64,000 nucleotides of DNA from Eledone cirrhosa (Eukaryota): contig OZ024741.1 of the NCBI GenBank assembly GCA_964016885.1, positions 411,122,001 to 411,186,000 on the forward strand. Direction: 5' to 3'. Of this stretch, positions 27,901-45,307 are shown one piece after another. The first letter of the stretch is position 1; every line of letters starts with the position of its first letter. Both the position numbers and the translations under genes were made by a program. Under the pieces are notes generated by a model that did not search any database, was not told where the DNA came from, and was given only the letters and a program-made list of their open reading frames with translations.

Positions 27901-30900
27901 GATATAATATATCTACAGTGATATAATAATATATCTATAGTGATATACTATATGTACAGTGATATAATATATCTATAGTGATATAATAATATATCTATAG
28001 TGATATAATAATATATCTATAGTGATATAATATATCGACAGTGATATAATATATCTACAGTGATATAATAATATATCTACAGTGATATAATAATATATCT
28101 ACAGAGATATAATAATATATCTACAGTGATATAATAATATATCTATAGTGATATAATAATATATCTATAGTAATATAAGAATATATCTATAGTAATATAA
28201 TATATCTATAGTAATATGATATATCTATAGTGATATAATAATATATCTGTAGTGATATAATAATATATCTATAGTGATATAATAATATATCTATAGTGAT
28301 ATAATAACATATATCTATGGTGATATAATAATATATCTACAGTGATATAATAATATATCTATAGTGAAATAATAATATATTTATAGTGATATATCTATCG
28401 TGATATAATATATCTACAGTGAAATAATATATCTACAGTGATATAATAACATATCTATAGTGATATAATAATATATCTATAGTGATATAACAATATATCT
28501 ATAGTGATATAATATATCTATAGTGTTATAACAAATCTATAGTGATATAATAATATATCTATAGTGATGTAATATATCTACAGTGATATAATAGTATATC
28601 TATAGTGATATAATAATATATCTATAGTGATATAATAATATATCTACAGTGATTAGTGATATAATAATATAGCTATAGTGATATAATAATATATCTACAG
28701 TGATATAGTAATATATCTACAGTGATATATTAATATATCTATAGTGATATAATAATATATCTATAGTGATATAATAATATATCTACAGTGATATAATAAT
28801 ATATCTACAGTGATATAATAATATATCTACAGTGATATAATAATATATCTACAGTGATATAATAATATATCTATAGTGATATAATAATATATCTACATTG
28901 ATATAATAATATATCTACAGTGATATAATAATATATCTACAGTGATATAATAATATATCTATAGCGATATAATAATATATTTACAGTGATATAATAATAT
29001 ATCTACAGTGATATAATAATATATCTACAGTGATATAATAATATATCTATAGTGATATAATAACATATATCTATAGTCATATAATATATCTACAGTGATA
29101 TAATAATATATCAATAGTGATATAATAATATATCTATAGTGAAATAATAATATATCTATAGTGATATATCTATAGTGATATAATATATCTACAGTGATAT
29201 AATATATCTACAGTGATATAATAATATATCTATAGTGATATAATAATATATCTATAGTGATATAATAATATATCTACAGTGATATAATATATCTATAGTG
29301 ATATAATAATATATCTATAGTGATATAATAATATAGCTATAGTGATATAATAATATATCTATAGTGATTAGTGATATAATAATATATCTATAGTGATATA
29401 ATAATATATCTATAGCGATATAATAATATATCATTAGTGATATAATATATCTATAGTGATATAATATATCTACAGTGATATAATAATATATCTAGAGTGA
29501 TATACTATATGTACAGTGATATAATATATCTATAGTGATATAACAATATATCTATAGTGATATAATAATATATCTATAGTGATATAATATATCTACAGTG
29601 ATATAATATATCTACAGTGATATAATATATCTACAGTGATATAATAATATATCTACAGTGATATAATAATATATCTACAGAGATATAATAATATATCTAC
29701 AGTGATATAATAATATATCTATAGTGATATAATAATATATCTATAGTAATATAACAATATATCTATAGTAATATAATATATCTATAGTGATATAATAATA
29801 TATCTATAGTGATATAATAATATATCTATAGTGATATAATATATCTATAGTGATATAATATATCTACAGTGATATAATAATATATCTGTAGTGATATAAT
29901 AATATATCTATAGTGATATAATAATATATCTATAGTGATATAATAATATATCTATAGTGATATAATAACATATATCTACGGTGATATAATAATATATCTA
30001 CAGTGATATAATAATATATCTATAGTGAAATAATAATATATTTATAGTGATATATCTATCGTGATATAATATATCTACAGTGAAATAATATATCTACAGT
30101 GATATAATAACATATCTATAGTGATATAATAATATATCTATAGTGATATAACAATATATCTATAGTGATATAATATATCTATAGTGTTATAACAAATCTA
30201 TAGTGATATAATAATATATCTATAGTGATGTAATATATCTACAGTGATATAATAGTATATCTATAGTGATATAATAATATATCTATAGTGATATAATAAT
30301 ATATCTACAGTGATTAGTGATATAATAATGTAGCTATAGTGATATAATAATATATCTACGGTGATATAATAATATATCTACAGTGATATAATAATATATC
30401 TATAGTGATATAATAATATATCTACAGTGATATAATATATCTACAGTGATATAATAATATATCTACAGTGATATAATAATATATCTACAGTGATATAATA
30501 ATATATCTACAGTGATATAATAATATATCTATAGTGATATAATAATATATCTACAGTGATATAATAATATATCTACAGTGATATAATAATATATCTACAG
30601 TGATATAATAATATATCTATAGTGATATAATATATCTAGTGATATAATAATATATCTGTAGTGATAAAATAATATATCTATAGTGATATACTATATCTAC
30701 AGTGATATAATATATCTATAGTGATATAATACTATATCTATAGTGATATAATAATATATCTATAGTGATATAATAACATGTATCTATAGTTATATAATAT
30801 ATCTACAGTGATATAATATATCTACAGTGATATAATATATCTACAGTGATATAATAATATATCTATAGTGATATAATAATATATCTATAGTGATATAATA

Positions 30901-33900
30901 ATATATCTACAGTGATATAATATATCTATGGTGATATAATAATATATCTATAGTGATATAACAATATAGCTATAGTGATATAATAATATATCTATAGTGA
31001 TATAACAATATATCTATAGTGATATAATAACATATATCTACAGTGATATAATAATATATCTACAGTGATATAATAATATATCTATAGTGAAATAATAATA
31101 TATCTATAGTGATATATCTATAGTGATATAATATATCTACAGTGAAATAATATATCTACAGTGATATAATAGTATATCTAGAGTGATATAATAATATATC
31201 TATAGTGATATAATAATATATCTACAGTGATACAATATATCTATAGTGATATAATAATATATCTATAGTGATATAATAATATAGCTATAGTGATATAATA
31301 ATATATCTATAGTGATTAGTGATATAATAATATATCTATAGTGATATAATAATATATCTATAGTGATATCATAATATATCTATAGCGATATAAAAATATA
31401 TCATTAGTGATATAATATATCTATAGTGATATAATATATCTACAGTGATATAATAATATATCTATAGTGATATACTATATGTACAGTGATATAATATATC
31501 TATAGTGATATAATAATATATCTATAGTGATATAATAATATATCTATAGTGATATAATATATCGACAGTGATATAATATATCTACAGTGATATAATAATA
31601 TATCTACAGTGATATAATAATATATCTACAGAGATATAATAATATATCTACAGTGATATAATAATATATCTATAGTGATATAATAATATATCTATAGTAA
31701 TATAACAATATATCTATAGTAATATAATATATGTATAGTAATATGATATATCTATAGTGATATAATAATATATCTGTAGTGATATAATAATATATCTATA
31801 GTGATATAATAATATATCTATAGTGATATAATAACATATATCTATGGTGATATAATAATATATCTACAGTGATATAATAATATATCTATAGTGAAATAAT
31901 AATATATTTATAGTGATATATCTATCGTGATATAATATATCTACAGTGAAATAATATATCTACAGTGATATAATAACATATCTATAGTGATATAATAATA
32001 TATCTATAGTGATATAACAATATATCTATAGTGATATAATATATCTATAGTGTTATAACAAATCTATAGCGATATAATAATATATCTATAGTGATGTAAT
32101 ATATCTACAGTGATATAATAGTATATCTATAGTGATATAATAATATATCTATAGTGATATAATAATATATCTACAGTGATTAGTGATATAATAATTTAGC
32201 TATAGTGATATAATAATATATCTACAGTGATATAGTAATATATCTACAGTGATATAATAATATATCTATAGTGATATAATAATATATCTATAGTGATATA
32301 ATAATATATCTACAGTGATATAATATATCTACAGTGATATAATAATATATCTACAGTGATATAATAATATATCTACAGTGATATAATAATATATCTACAG
32401 TGATATAATAATATATCTATAGTGATATAATAATATATCTACATTGATATAATAATATATCTACAGTGATATAATAATATATCTACAGTGATATAATAAT
32501 ATATCTATAGCGATATAATAATATATTTACAGTGATATAATAATATATCTACAGTGATATAATAATATATCTACAGTGATATAATAATATATCTATAGTG
32601 ATATAATAATATATCTATAGTGATATAATAATATATCTATAGTGATATAATAATATATCTATAGTGACATACTAATATATCTATACTGATAAAATAATAT
32701 ATCTACAGTGATATAATAATATATCTATAGTGATAGAATAATATATCTATAGTGATATAATAATATATCTATAGTGATATAATAATATATCTATAGTGAT
32801 ATAATAATATATCTATAGCGATATAATACTATATCTATAGTGATATACTATATCTACAGTGATATAATAATATATCTATAGTGATATAATATATCTAGTG
32901 ATATAATAATATATCTGTAGTGATAAAATAATATATCTATAGTGATATACTATATCTACAGTGATATAATATATCTATAGTGATATAATACTATATCTAT
33001 AGTGATATAATAATATATCTATAGCGATATAATAATATATCATTAGTGATATAATATATCTATAGTGATATAATATATCTACAGTGATATAATAATATAT
33101 CTAGAGTGATATACTATATGTACAGTGATATAATATATCTATAGTGATATAACAATATATCTATAGTGATATAATAATATATCTATAGTGATATAATATA
33201 TCTACAGTGATATAATATATCTACAGTGATATAATAATATATCTACAGTGATATAATAATATATCTATAGTGATATATCTATAGTGATATAATATATCTA
33301 CAGTGATATAATATATCTACAGTGATATAATAATATATCTATAGTGATATAATAATATATCTATAGTGATATAATAATATATCTATAGAGATATAATAAT
33401 ATATCTATAGCGATATAATACTATATCTATAGTGATATAATAATATATCTACAGTGATATAATAACATGTATCTATAGTTATATAATATATCTACAGTGA
33501 TATAATATATCTACAGTGATATAATATATCTACAGTGATATAATATATCTACAGGGATATAATAATATATCTATAGTGATATAATAATATATCTATAGTG
33601 ATATAATAATATATCTATAGTGATATAATAACATATATCTATAGTCATATAATATATCTACAGTGATATAATAATATATCAATAGTGATATAATAATATA
33701 TCTATAGTGAAATAATAATATATCTATAGTGATATATCTATAGTGATATAATATATCTACAGTGATATAATATATCTACAGTGATATAATAATATATCTA
33801 TAGTGATATAATAATATATTTATAGTGATATAATAATATATCTACAGTGATATAATATATCTATAGTGATATAATAATATATCTATAGTGATATAATAAT

Positions 33901-36900
33901 ATAGCTATAGTGATATAATAATATATCTATAGTGATTAGTGATATAATAATATATCTATAGTGATATAATAATATATCTATAGTGATATCATAATATATC
34001 TATAGCGATATAATAATATATCATTAGTGATATAATATATCTATAGTGATATAATATATCTACAGTGATATAATAATATATCTATAGTGATATACTATAT
34101 GTACAGTGATATAATATATCTATAGTGATATAATAATATATCTATAGTGATATAATAATATATCTATAGTGATATAATATATCGACAGTGATATAATATA
34201 TCTACAGTGATATAATAATATATCTACAGTGATATAATAATATATCTACAGAGATATAATAATATATCTACAGTGATATAATAATATATCTATAGTGATA
34301 TAATAATATATCTATAGTAATATAAGAATATATCTATAGTAATATAATATATCTATAGTAATATGATATATCTATAGTGATATAATAATATATCTGTAGT
34401 GATATAATAATATATCTATAGTGATATAATAATATATCTATAGTGATATAATAACATATATCTATGGTGATATAATAATATATCTACAGTGATATAATAA
34501 TATATCTATAGTGAAATAATAATATATTTATAGTGATATATCTATCGTGATATAATATATCTACAGTGAAATAATATATCTACAGTGATATAATAACATA
34601 TCTATAGTGATATAATAATATATCTATAGTGATATAACAATATATCTATAGTGATATAATATATCTATAGTGTTATAACAAATCTATAGTGATATAATAA
34701 TATATCTATAGTGATGTAATATATCTACAGTGATATAATAGTATATCTATAGTGATATAATAATATATCTATAGTGATATAATAATATATCTACAGTGAT
34801 TAGTGATATAATAATATAGCTATAGTGATATAATAATATATCTACAGTGATATAGTAATATATCTACAGTGATATATTAATATATCTATAGTGATATAAT
34901 AATATATCTATAGTGATATAATAATATATCTACAGTGATATAATAATATATCTACAGTGATATAATAATATATCTACAGTGATATAATAATATATCTACA
35001 GTGATATAATAATATATCTATAGTGATATAATAATATATCTACATTGATATAATAATATATCTACAGTGATATAATAATATATCTACAGTGATATAATAA
35101 TATATCTATAGCGATATAATAATATATTTACAGTGATATAATAATATATCTACAGTGATATAATAATATATCTACAGTGATATAATAATATATCTATAGT
35201 GATATAATAATATATCTATAGTGATATAATAATATATCTATAGTGATATAATAATATATCTATAGTGACATACTAATATATCTATACTGATAAAATAATA
35301 TATCTACAGTGATATAATAATATATCTATAGTGATAGAATAATATATCTATAGTGATATAATAATATATCTATAGTGATATAATAATATATCTATAGTGA
35401 TATAATAATATATCTATAGCGATATAATACTATATCTATAGTGATATACTATATCTACAGTGATATAATAATATATCTATAGTGATATAATATATCTAGT
35501 GATATAATAATATATCTGTAGTGATAAAATAATATATCTATAGTGATATACTATATCTACAGTGATATAATATATCTATAGTGATATAATACTATATCTA
35601 TAGTGATATAATAATATATCTACAGTGATATAATAACATATATCTATAGTTATATAATATATCTACAGTGATATAATATATCTACAGTGATATAATATAT
35701 CTACAGTGATATAATATATCTACAGGGATATAATAATATATCTATAGTGATATAATAATATATCTATAGTGATATAATAATATATCTACAGTGATATAAT
35801 ATATCTATGGTAATATAATAATATATCTATAGTGATATAATAATATAGCTATAGTGATATAATATATCTATAGTGATATAACATATATATAGTGAAATAA
35901 TAATATATCTATAGTGATATAATATATCTACAGTGATATAATAATATATCTACAGTGATATAATAATATATCTATAGTGATATAATAATATATCTATAGT
36001 GACATAATAATATATCTATACTGATATAATAATATATCTACAGTGATATAATAATATATCTATAGCGATATAATATATCTATAGTGATATACTATATCTA
36101 CAGTGATATAATAATATATCTATAGTGATATAATATATCTACAGTGATATAATAATATATCTGTAGTAATATAATAATTTATCTATAGTGATATACTATA
36201 TCTACAGTGATATAATATATCTATAGTGATATAATACTATATCTATAGTGATATAATAATATATCTACAGTGATATAATATATCTATAGTGATATAATAA
36301 TATATCTATAGTGACATAATAATATATCTATAGTGATATAATAATATATCTATAGTGATATAATAATATATCTATAGTGATATAATAACATATATCTATA
36401 GTCATATAATATATCTACAGTGATATAATAATATATCAATAGTGATATAATAATATATCTATAGTGAAATAATAATATATCTATAGTGATATATCTATAG
36501 TGATATAATATATCTACAGTGATATAATATATCTACAGTGATATAATAATATATCTATAGTGATATAATAATATATCTATAGTGATATAATAATATATCT
36601 ACAGTGATATAATATATCTATAGTGATATAATAATATATCTATAGTGATATAATAATATAGCTATAGTGATATAATAATATATCTATAGTGATTAGTGAT
36701 ATAATAATATATCTATAGTGATATAATAATATATCTATAGCGATATAATAATATATCATTAGTGATATAATATATCTATAGTGATATAATATATCTACAG
36801 TGATATAATAATATATCTAGAGTGATATACTATATGTACAGTGATATAATATATCTATAGTGATATAACAATATATCTATAGTGATATAATAATATATCT

Positions 36901-39900
36901 ATAGTGATATAATATATCTACAGTGATATAATATATCTACAGTGATATAATATATCTACAGTGATATAATAATATATCTACAGTGATATAATAATATATC
37001 TACAGAGATATAATAATATATCTACAGTGATATAATAATATATCTATAGTGATATAATAATATATCTATAGTAATATAACAATATATCTATAGTAATATA
37101 ATATATCTATAGTGATATAATAATATATCTATAGTGATATAATAATATATCTATAGTGATATAATAATATATCTATAGTGATATAATATATCTATAGTGA
37201 TATAATATATCTACAGTGATATAATAATATATCTGTAGTGATATAATAATATATCTATAGTGATATAATAATATATCTATAGTGATATAATAATATATCT
37301 ATAGTGATATAATAACATATATCTACGGTGATATAATAATATATCTACAGTGATATAATAATATATCTATAGTGAAATAATAATATATTTATAGTGATAT
37401 ATCTATCGTGATATAATATATCTACAGTGAAATAATATATCTACAGTGATATAATAACATATCTATAGTGATATAATAATATATCTATAGTGATATAACA
37501 ATATATCTATAGTGATATAATATATCTATAGTGTTATAACAAATCTATAGTGATATAATAATATATCTATAGTGATGTAATATATCTACAGTGATATAAT
37601 AGTATATCTATAGTGATATAATAATATATCTATAGTGATATAATAATATATCTATAGTGATATAATAATATATCTACAGTGATTAGTGATATAATAATGT
37701 AGCTATAGTGATATAATAATATATCTACGGTGATATAATAATATATCTACAGTGATATAATAATATATCTATAGTGATATAATAATATATCTACAGTGAT
37801 ATAATATATCTACAGTGATATAATAATATATCTACAGTGATATAATAATATATCTACAGTGATATAATAATATATCTACAGTGATATAATAATATATCTA
37901 TAGTGATATAATAATATATCTACAGTGATATAATAATATATCTACAGTGATATAATAATATATCTACAGTGATATAATAATATATCTATAGTGATATAAT
38001 ATATCTAGTGATATAATAATATATCTGTACTGATAAAATAATATATCTATAGTGATATACTATATCTACAGTGATATAATATATCTATAGTGATATAATA
38101 CTATATCTATAGTGATATAATAATATATCTATAGTGATATAATAACATGTATCTATAGTTATATAATATATCTACAGTGATATAATATATCTACAGTGAT
38201 ATAATATATCTACAGTGATATAATAATATATCTATAGTGATATAATAATATATCTATAGTGATATAATAATATATCTACAGTGATATAATATATCTATGG
38301 TGATATAATAATATATCTATAGTGATATAACAATATAGCTATAGTGATATAATAATATATCTATAGTGATATAACAATATATCTATAGTGATATAATAAC
38401 ATATATCTACAGTGATATAATAATATATCTACAGTGATATAATAATATATCTATAGTGATATAATAATATATCTACAGTGATATAATATATCTATGGTAA
38501 TATAATAATATATCTATAGTGATATAATAATATAGCTATAGTGATATAATATATCTATAGTGATATAACATATATATAGTGAAATAATAATATATCTATA
38601 GTGATATAATATATCTACAGTGATATAATAATATATCTACAGTGATATAATAATATATCTATAGTGATATAATAATATATCTATAGTGACATAATAATAT
38701 ATCTATACTGATATAATAATATATCTACAGTGATATAATAATATATCTATAGCGATATAATATATCTATAGTGATATACTATATCTACAGTGATATAATA
38801 ATATATCTATAGTGATATAATATATCTACAGTTATATAATAATATATCTGTAGTAATATAATAATTTATCTATAGTGATATACTATATCTACAGTGATAT
38901 AATATATCTATAGTGATATAATACTATATCTATAGTGATATAATAATATATCTACAGTGATATAATATATCTATAGTGATATAATAATATATCTATAGTG
39001 ACATAATAATATATCTATAGTGATATAATAATATATCTATAGTGATATAATAATATATCTATAGTGATATAATAACATATATCTATAGTCATATAATATA
39101 TCTACAGTGATATAATAATATATCAATAGTGATATAATAATATATCTATAGTGAAATAATAATATATCTATAGTGATATATCTATAGTGATATAATATAT
39201 CTACAGTGATATAATATATCTACAGTGATATAATAATATATCTATAGTGATATAATAATATATCTATAGTGATATAATAATATATCTACAGTGATATAAT
39301 ATATCTATAGTGATATAATAATATATCTATAGTGATATAATAATATAGCTATAGTGATATAATAATATATCTATAGTGATTAGTGATATAATAATATATC
39401 TATAGTGATATAATAATATATCTATAGCGATATAATAATATATCATTAGTGATATAATATATCTATAGTGATATAATATATCTACAGTGATATAATAATA
39501 TATCTAGAGTGATATACTATATGTACAGTGATATAATATATCTATAGTGATATAACAATATATCTATAGTGATATAATAATATATCTATAGTGATATAAT
39601 ATATCTACAGTGATATAATATATCTACAGTGATATAATATATCTACAGTGATATAATAATATATCTACAGTGATATAATAATATATCTACAGAGATATAA
39701 TAATATATCTACAGTGATATAATAATATATCTATAGTGATATAATAATATATCTATAGTAATATAACAATATATCTATAGTAATATAATATATCTATAGT
39801 GATATAATAATATATCTATAGTGATATAATAATATATCTATAGTGATATAATAATATATCTATAGTGATATAATATATCTATAGTGATATAATATATCTA

Positions 39901-42900
39901 CAGTGATATAATAATATATCTGTAGTGATATAATAATATATCTATAGTGATATAATAATATATCTATAGTGATATAATAATATATCTATAGTGATATAAT
40001 AACATATATCTACGGTGATATAATAATATATCTACAGTGATATAATAATATATCTATAGTGAAATAATAATATATTTATAGTGATATATCTATCGTGATA
40101 TAATATATCTACAGTGAAATAATATATCTACAGTGATATAATAACATATCTATAGTGATATAATAATATATCTATAGTGATATAACAATATATCTATAGT
40201 GATATAATATATCTATAGTGTTATAACAAATCTATAGTGATATAATAATATATCTATAGTGATGTAATATATCTACAGTGATATAATAGTATATCTATAG
40301 TGATATAATAATATATCTATAGTGATATAATAATATATCTATAGTGATATAATAATATATCTACAGTGATTAGTGATATAATAATGTAGCTATAGTGATA
40401 TAATAATATATCTACGGTGATATAATAATATATCTACAGTGATATAATAATATATCTATAGTGATATAATAATATATCTACAGTGATATAATATATCTAC
40501 AGTGATATAATAATATATCTACAGTGATATAATAATATATCTACAGTGATATAATAATATATCTACAGTGATATAATAATATATCTATAGTGATATAATA
40601 ATATATCTACAGTGATATAATAATATATCTACAGTGATATAATAATATATCTACAGTGATATAATAATATATCTATAGTGATATAATATATCTAGTGATA
40701 TAATAATATATCTGTAGTGATAAAATAATATATCTATAGTGATATACTATATCTACAGTGATATAATATATCTATAGTGATATAATACTATATCTATAGT
40801 GATATAATAATATATCTATAGTGATATAATAACATGTATCTATAGTTATATAATATATCTACAGTGATATAATATATCTACAGTGATATAATATATCTAC
40901 AGTGATATAATAATATATCTATAGTGATATAATAATATATCTATAGTGATATAATAATATATCTACAGTGATATAATATATCTATGGTGATATAATAATA
41001 TATCTATAGTGATATAACAATATAGCTATAGTGATATAATAATATATCTATAGTGATATAACAATATATCTATAGTGATATAATAACATATATCTACAGT
41101 GATATAATAATATATCTACAGTGATATAATAATATATCTATAGTGAAATAATAATATATCTATAGTGATATATCTATAGTGATATAATATATCTACAGTG
41201 AAATAATATATCTACAGTGATATAATAGTATATCTAGAGTGATATAATAATATATCTATAGTGATATAATAATATATCTACAGTGATACAATATATCTAT
41301 AGTGATATAATAATATATCTATAGTGATATAATAATATAGCTATAGTGATATAATAATATATCTATAGTGATTAGTGATATAATAATATATCTATAGTGA
41401 TATAATAATATATCTATAGTGATATCATAATATATCTATAGCGATATAAAAATATATCATTAGTGATATAATATATCTATAGTGATATAATATATCTACA
41501 GTGATATAATAATATATCTATAGTGATATACTATATGTACAGTGATATAATATATCTATAGTGATATAATAATATATCTATAGTGATATAATAATATATC
41601 TATAGTGATATAATATATCGACAGTGATATAATATATCTACAGTGATATAATAATATATCTACAGTGATATAATAATATATCTACAGAGATATAATAATA
41701 TATCTACAGAGATATAATAATATATCTACAGTGATATAATAATATATCTATAGTGATATAATAATATATCTATAGTAATATAACAATATATCTATAGTAA
41801 TATAATATATCTATAGTAATATGATATATCTATAGTGATATAATAATATATCTGTAGTGATATAATAATATATCTATAGTGATATAATAATATATCTATA
41901 GTGATATAATAACATATATCTATGGTGATATAATAATATATCTACAGTGATATAATAATATATCTATAGTGAAATAATAATATATTTATAGTGATATATC
42001 TATCGTGATATAATATATCTACAGTGAAATAATATATCTACAGTGATATAATAACATATCTATAGTGATATAATAATATATCTATAGTGATATAACAATA
42101 TATCTATAGTGATATAATATATCTATAGTGTTATAACAAATCTATAGTGATATAATAATATATCTATAGTGATGTAATATATCTACAGTGATATAATAGT
42201 ATATCTATAGTGATATAATAATATATCTATAGTGATATAATAATATATCTACAGTGATTAGTGATATAATAATATAGCTATAGTGATATAATAATATATC
42301 TATAGTGATATAGTAATATATCTACAGTGATATAATAATATATCTATAGTGATATAATAATATATCTATAGTGATATAATAATATATCTACAGTGATATA
42401 ATATATCTACAGTGATATAATAATATATCTACAGTGATATAATAATATATCTACAGTGATATAATAATATATCTACAGTGATATAATAATATATCTATAG
42501 TGATATAATAATATATCTACATTGATATAATAATATATCTACAGTGATATAATAATATATCTACAGTGATATAATAATATATCTATAGCGATATAATAAT
42601 ATATTTACAGTGATATAATAATATATCTACAGTGATATAATAATATATCTACAGTGATATAATAATATATCTATAGTGATATAATAATATATCTATAGTG
42701 ATATAATAATATATCTATAGTGATATAATAATATATCTATAGTGACATACTAATATATCTATACTGATAAAATAATATATCTACAGTGATATAATAATAT
42801 ATCTATAGTGATAGAATAATATATCTATAGTGATATAATAATATATCTATAGTGATATAATAATATATCTATAGTGATATAATAATATATCTATAGTGAT

Positions 42901-45307
42901 ATAATAATATATCTATAGCGATATAATACTATATCTATAGTGATATACTATATCTACAGTGATATAATAATATATCTATAGTGATATAATATATCTAGTG
43001 ATATAATAATATATCTGTAGTGATAAAATAATATATCTATAGTGATATACTATATCTACAGTGATATAATATATCTATAGTGATATAATACTATATCTAT
43101 AGTGATATAATAATATATCTACAGTGATATAATAACATGTATCTATAGTTATATAATATATCTACAGTGATATAATATATCTACAGTGATATAATATATC
43201 TACAGTGATATAATATATCTACAGGGATATAATAATATATCTATAGTGATATAATAATATATCTATAGTGATATAATAATATATCTACAGTGATATAATA
43301 TATCTATGGTAATATAATAATATATCTATAGTGATATAATAATATAGCTATAGTGATATAATATATCTATAGTGATATAACATATATATAGTGAAATAAT
43401 AATATATCTATAGTGATGTAATATATCTACATTGATATAATATATCTATAGTGATATAATATATCTATAGTGGTATAATAATATATCTACAGTGATATAA
43501 TATATCTACAGTGATATAATAATATATCTACAGTGATATAATAATATATCTATAGTGATATAATAATATATCTATAGTGACATAATAATATATCTATACT
43601 GATATAATAATATATCTACAGTGATATAATAATATATCTATAGCGATATAATATATCTATAGTGATATACTATATCTACAGTGATATAATAATATATCTA
43701 TAGTGATATAATATATCTACAGTGATATAATAATATATCTGTAGTAATATAATAATTTATCTATAGTGATATACTATATCTACAGTGATATAATATATCT
43801 ATAGTGATATAATACTATATCTATAGTGATATAATAATATATCTACAGTGATATAATATATCTATAGTGATATAATAATATATCTATAGTGACATAATAA
43901 TATATCTATAGTGATATAATAATATATCTATAGTGATATAATAATATATCTATAGTGATATAACATATATCTATAGTCATATAATATATCTACAGTGATA
44001 TAATAATATATCAATAGTGATATAATAATATATCTATAGTGAAATAATAATATATCTATAGTGATATATCTATAGTGATATAATATATCTACAGTGATAT
44101 AATATATCTACAGTGATATAATAATATATCTATAGTGATATAATAATATATCTATAGTGATATAATAATATATCTACAGTAATATAATATATCTATAGTG
44201 ATATAATAATATATCTATAGTGATATAATAATATAGCTATAGTGATATAATAATATATCTATAGTGATTAGTGATATAATAATATATCTATAGTGATATA
44301 ATAATATATCTATAGTGATATAATAATATATCTATAGCGATATAATAATATATCATTAGTGATATAATATATCTATAGTGATATAATATATCTACAGTGA
44401 TATAATAATATATCTAGAGTGATATACTATATGTACAGTGATATAATATATCTATAGTGATATAACAATATATCTATAGTGATATAATAATATATCTATA
44501 GTGATATAATATATCTACAGTGATATAATATATCTACAGTGATATAATAATATATCTACAGTGATATAATAATATATCTACAGAGATATAATAATATATC
44601 TACAGTGATATAATAATATATCTATAGTGATATAATAATATATCTATAGTAATATAACAATATATCTATAGTAATATAATATATCTATAGTGATATAATA
44701 ATATATCTATAGTGATATAATAATATATCTATAGTGATATAATATATCTATAGTGATATAATATATCTACAGTGATATAATAATATATCTGTAGTGATAT
44801 AATAATATATCTATAGTGAAATAATAATATATTTATAGTGATATATCTATCGTGATATAATATATCTACAGTGAAATAATATATCTACAGTGATATAATA
44901 ACATATCTATAGTGATATAATAATATATCTATAGTGATATAACAATATATCTATAGTGATATAATATATCTATAGTGTTATAACAAATCTATAGTGATAT
45001 AATAATATATCTATAGTGATGTAATATATCTACAGTGATATAATAGTATATCTATAGTGATATAATAATATATCTATAGTGATATAATAATATATCTACA
45101 GTGATTAGTGATATAATAATGTAGCTATAGTGATATAATAATATATCTACAGTGATATAATAATATATCTACAGTGATATAATAATATATCTATAGTGAT
45201 ATAATAATATATCTACAGTGATATAATATATCTACAGTGATATAATAATATATCTACAGTGATATAATAATATATCTACAGTGATATAATAATATATCTA
45301 CAGTGAT
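6918..45307. repeat. 22/19-bp satellite core, 38.4 kb, with higher-order kb-scale duplications
   Basis: Uninterrupted monomers, 22 bp or 19 bp lacking one TAA. Diagnostic variants (taacaaatct, atcattagtg, atgtacag, gattagtgat, atagctatag) recur in fixed order. Confidence 0.98.

Noticed and set aside
6918-45307. CRISPR array, telomeric repeat or coding repeat interpretation of the satellite
   Set aside because: There are no unique spacers or cas genes, the monomer is not G-rich telomere-like, and stops are frequent (no ORFs in the track).
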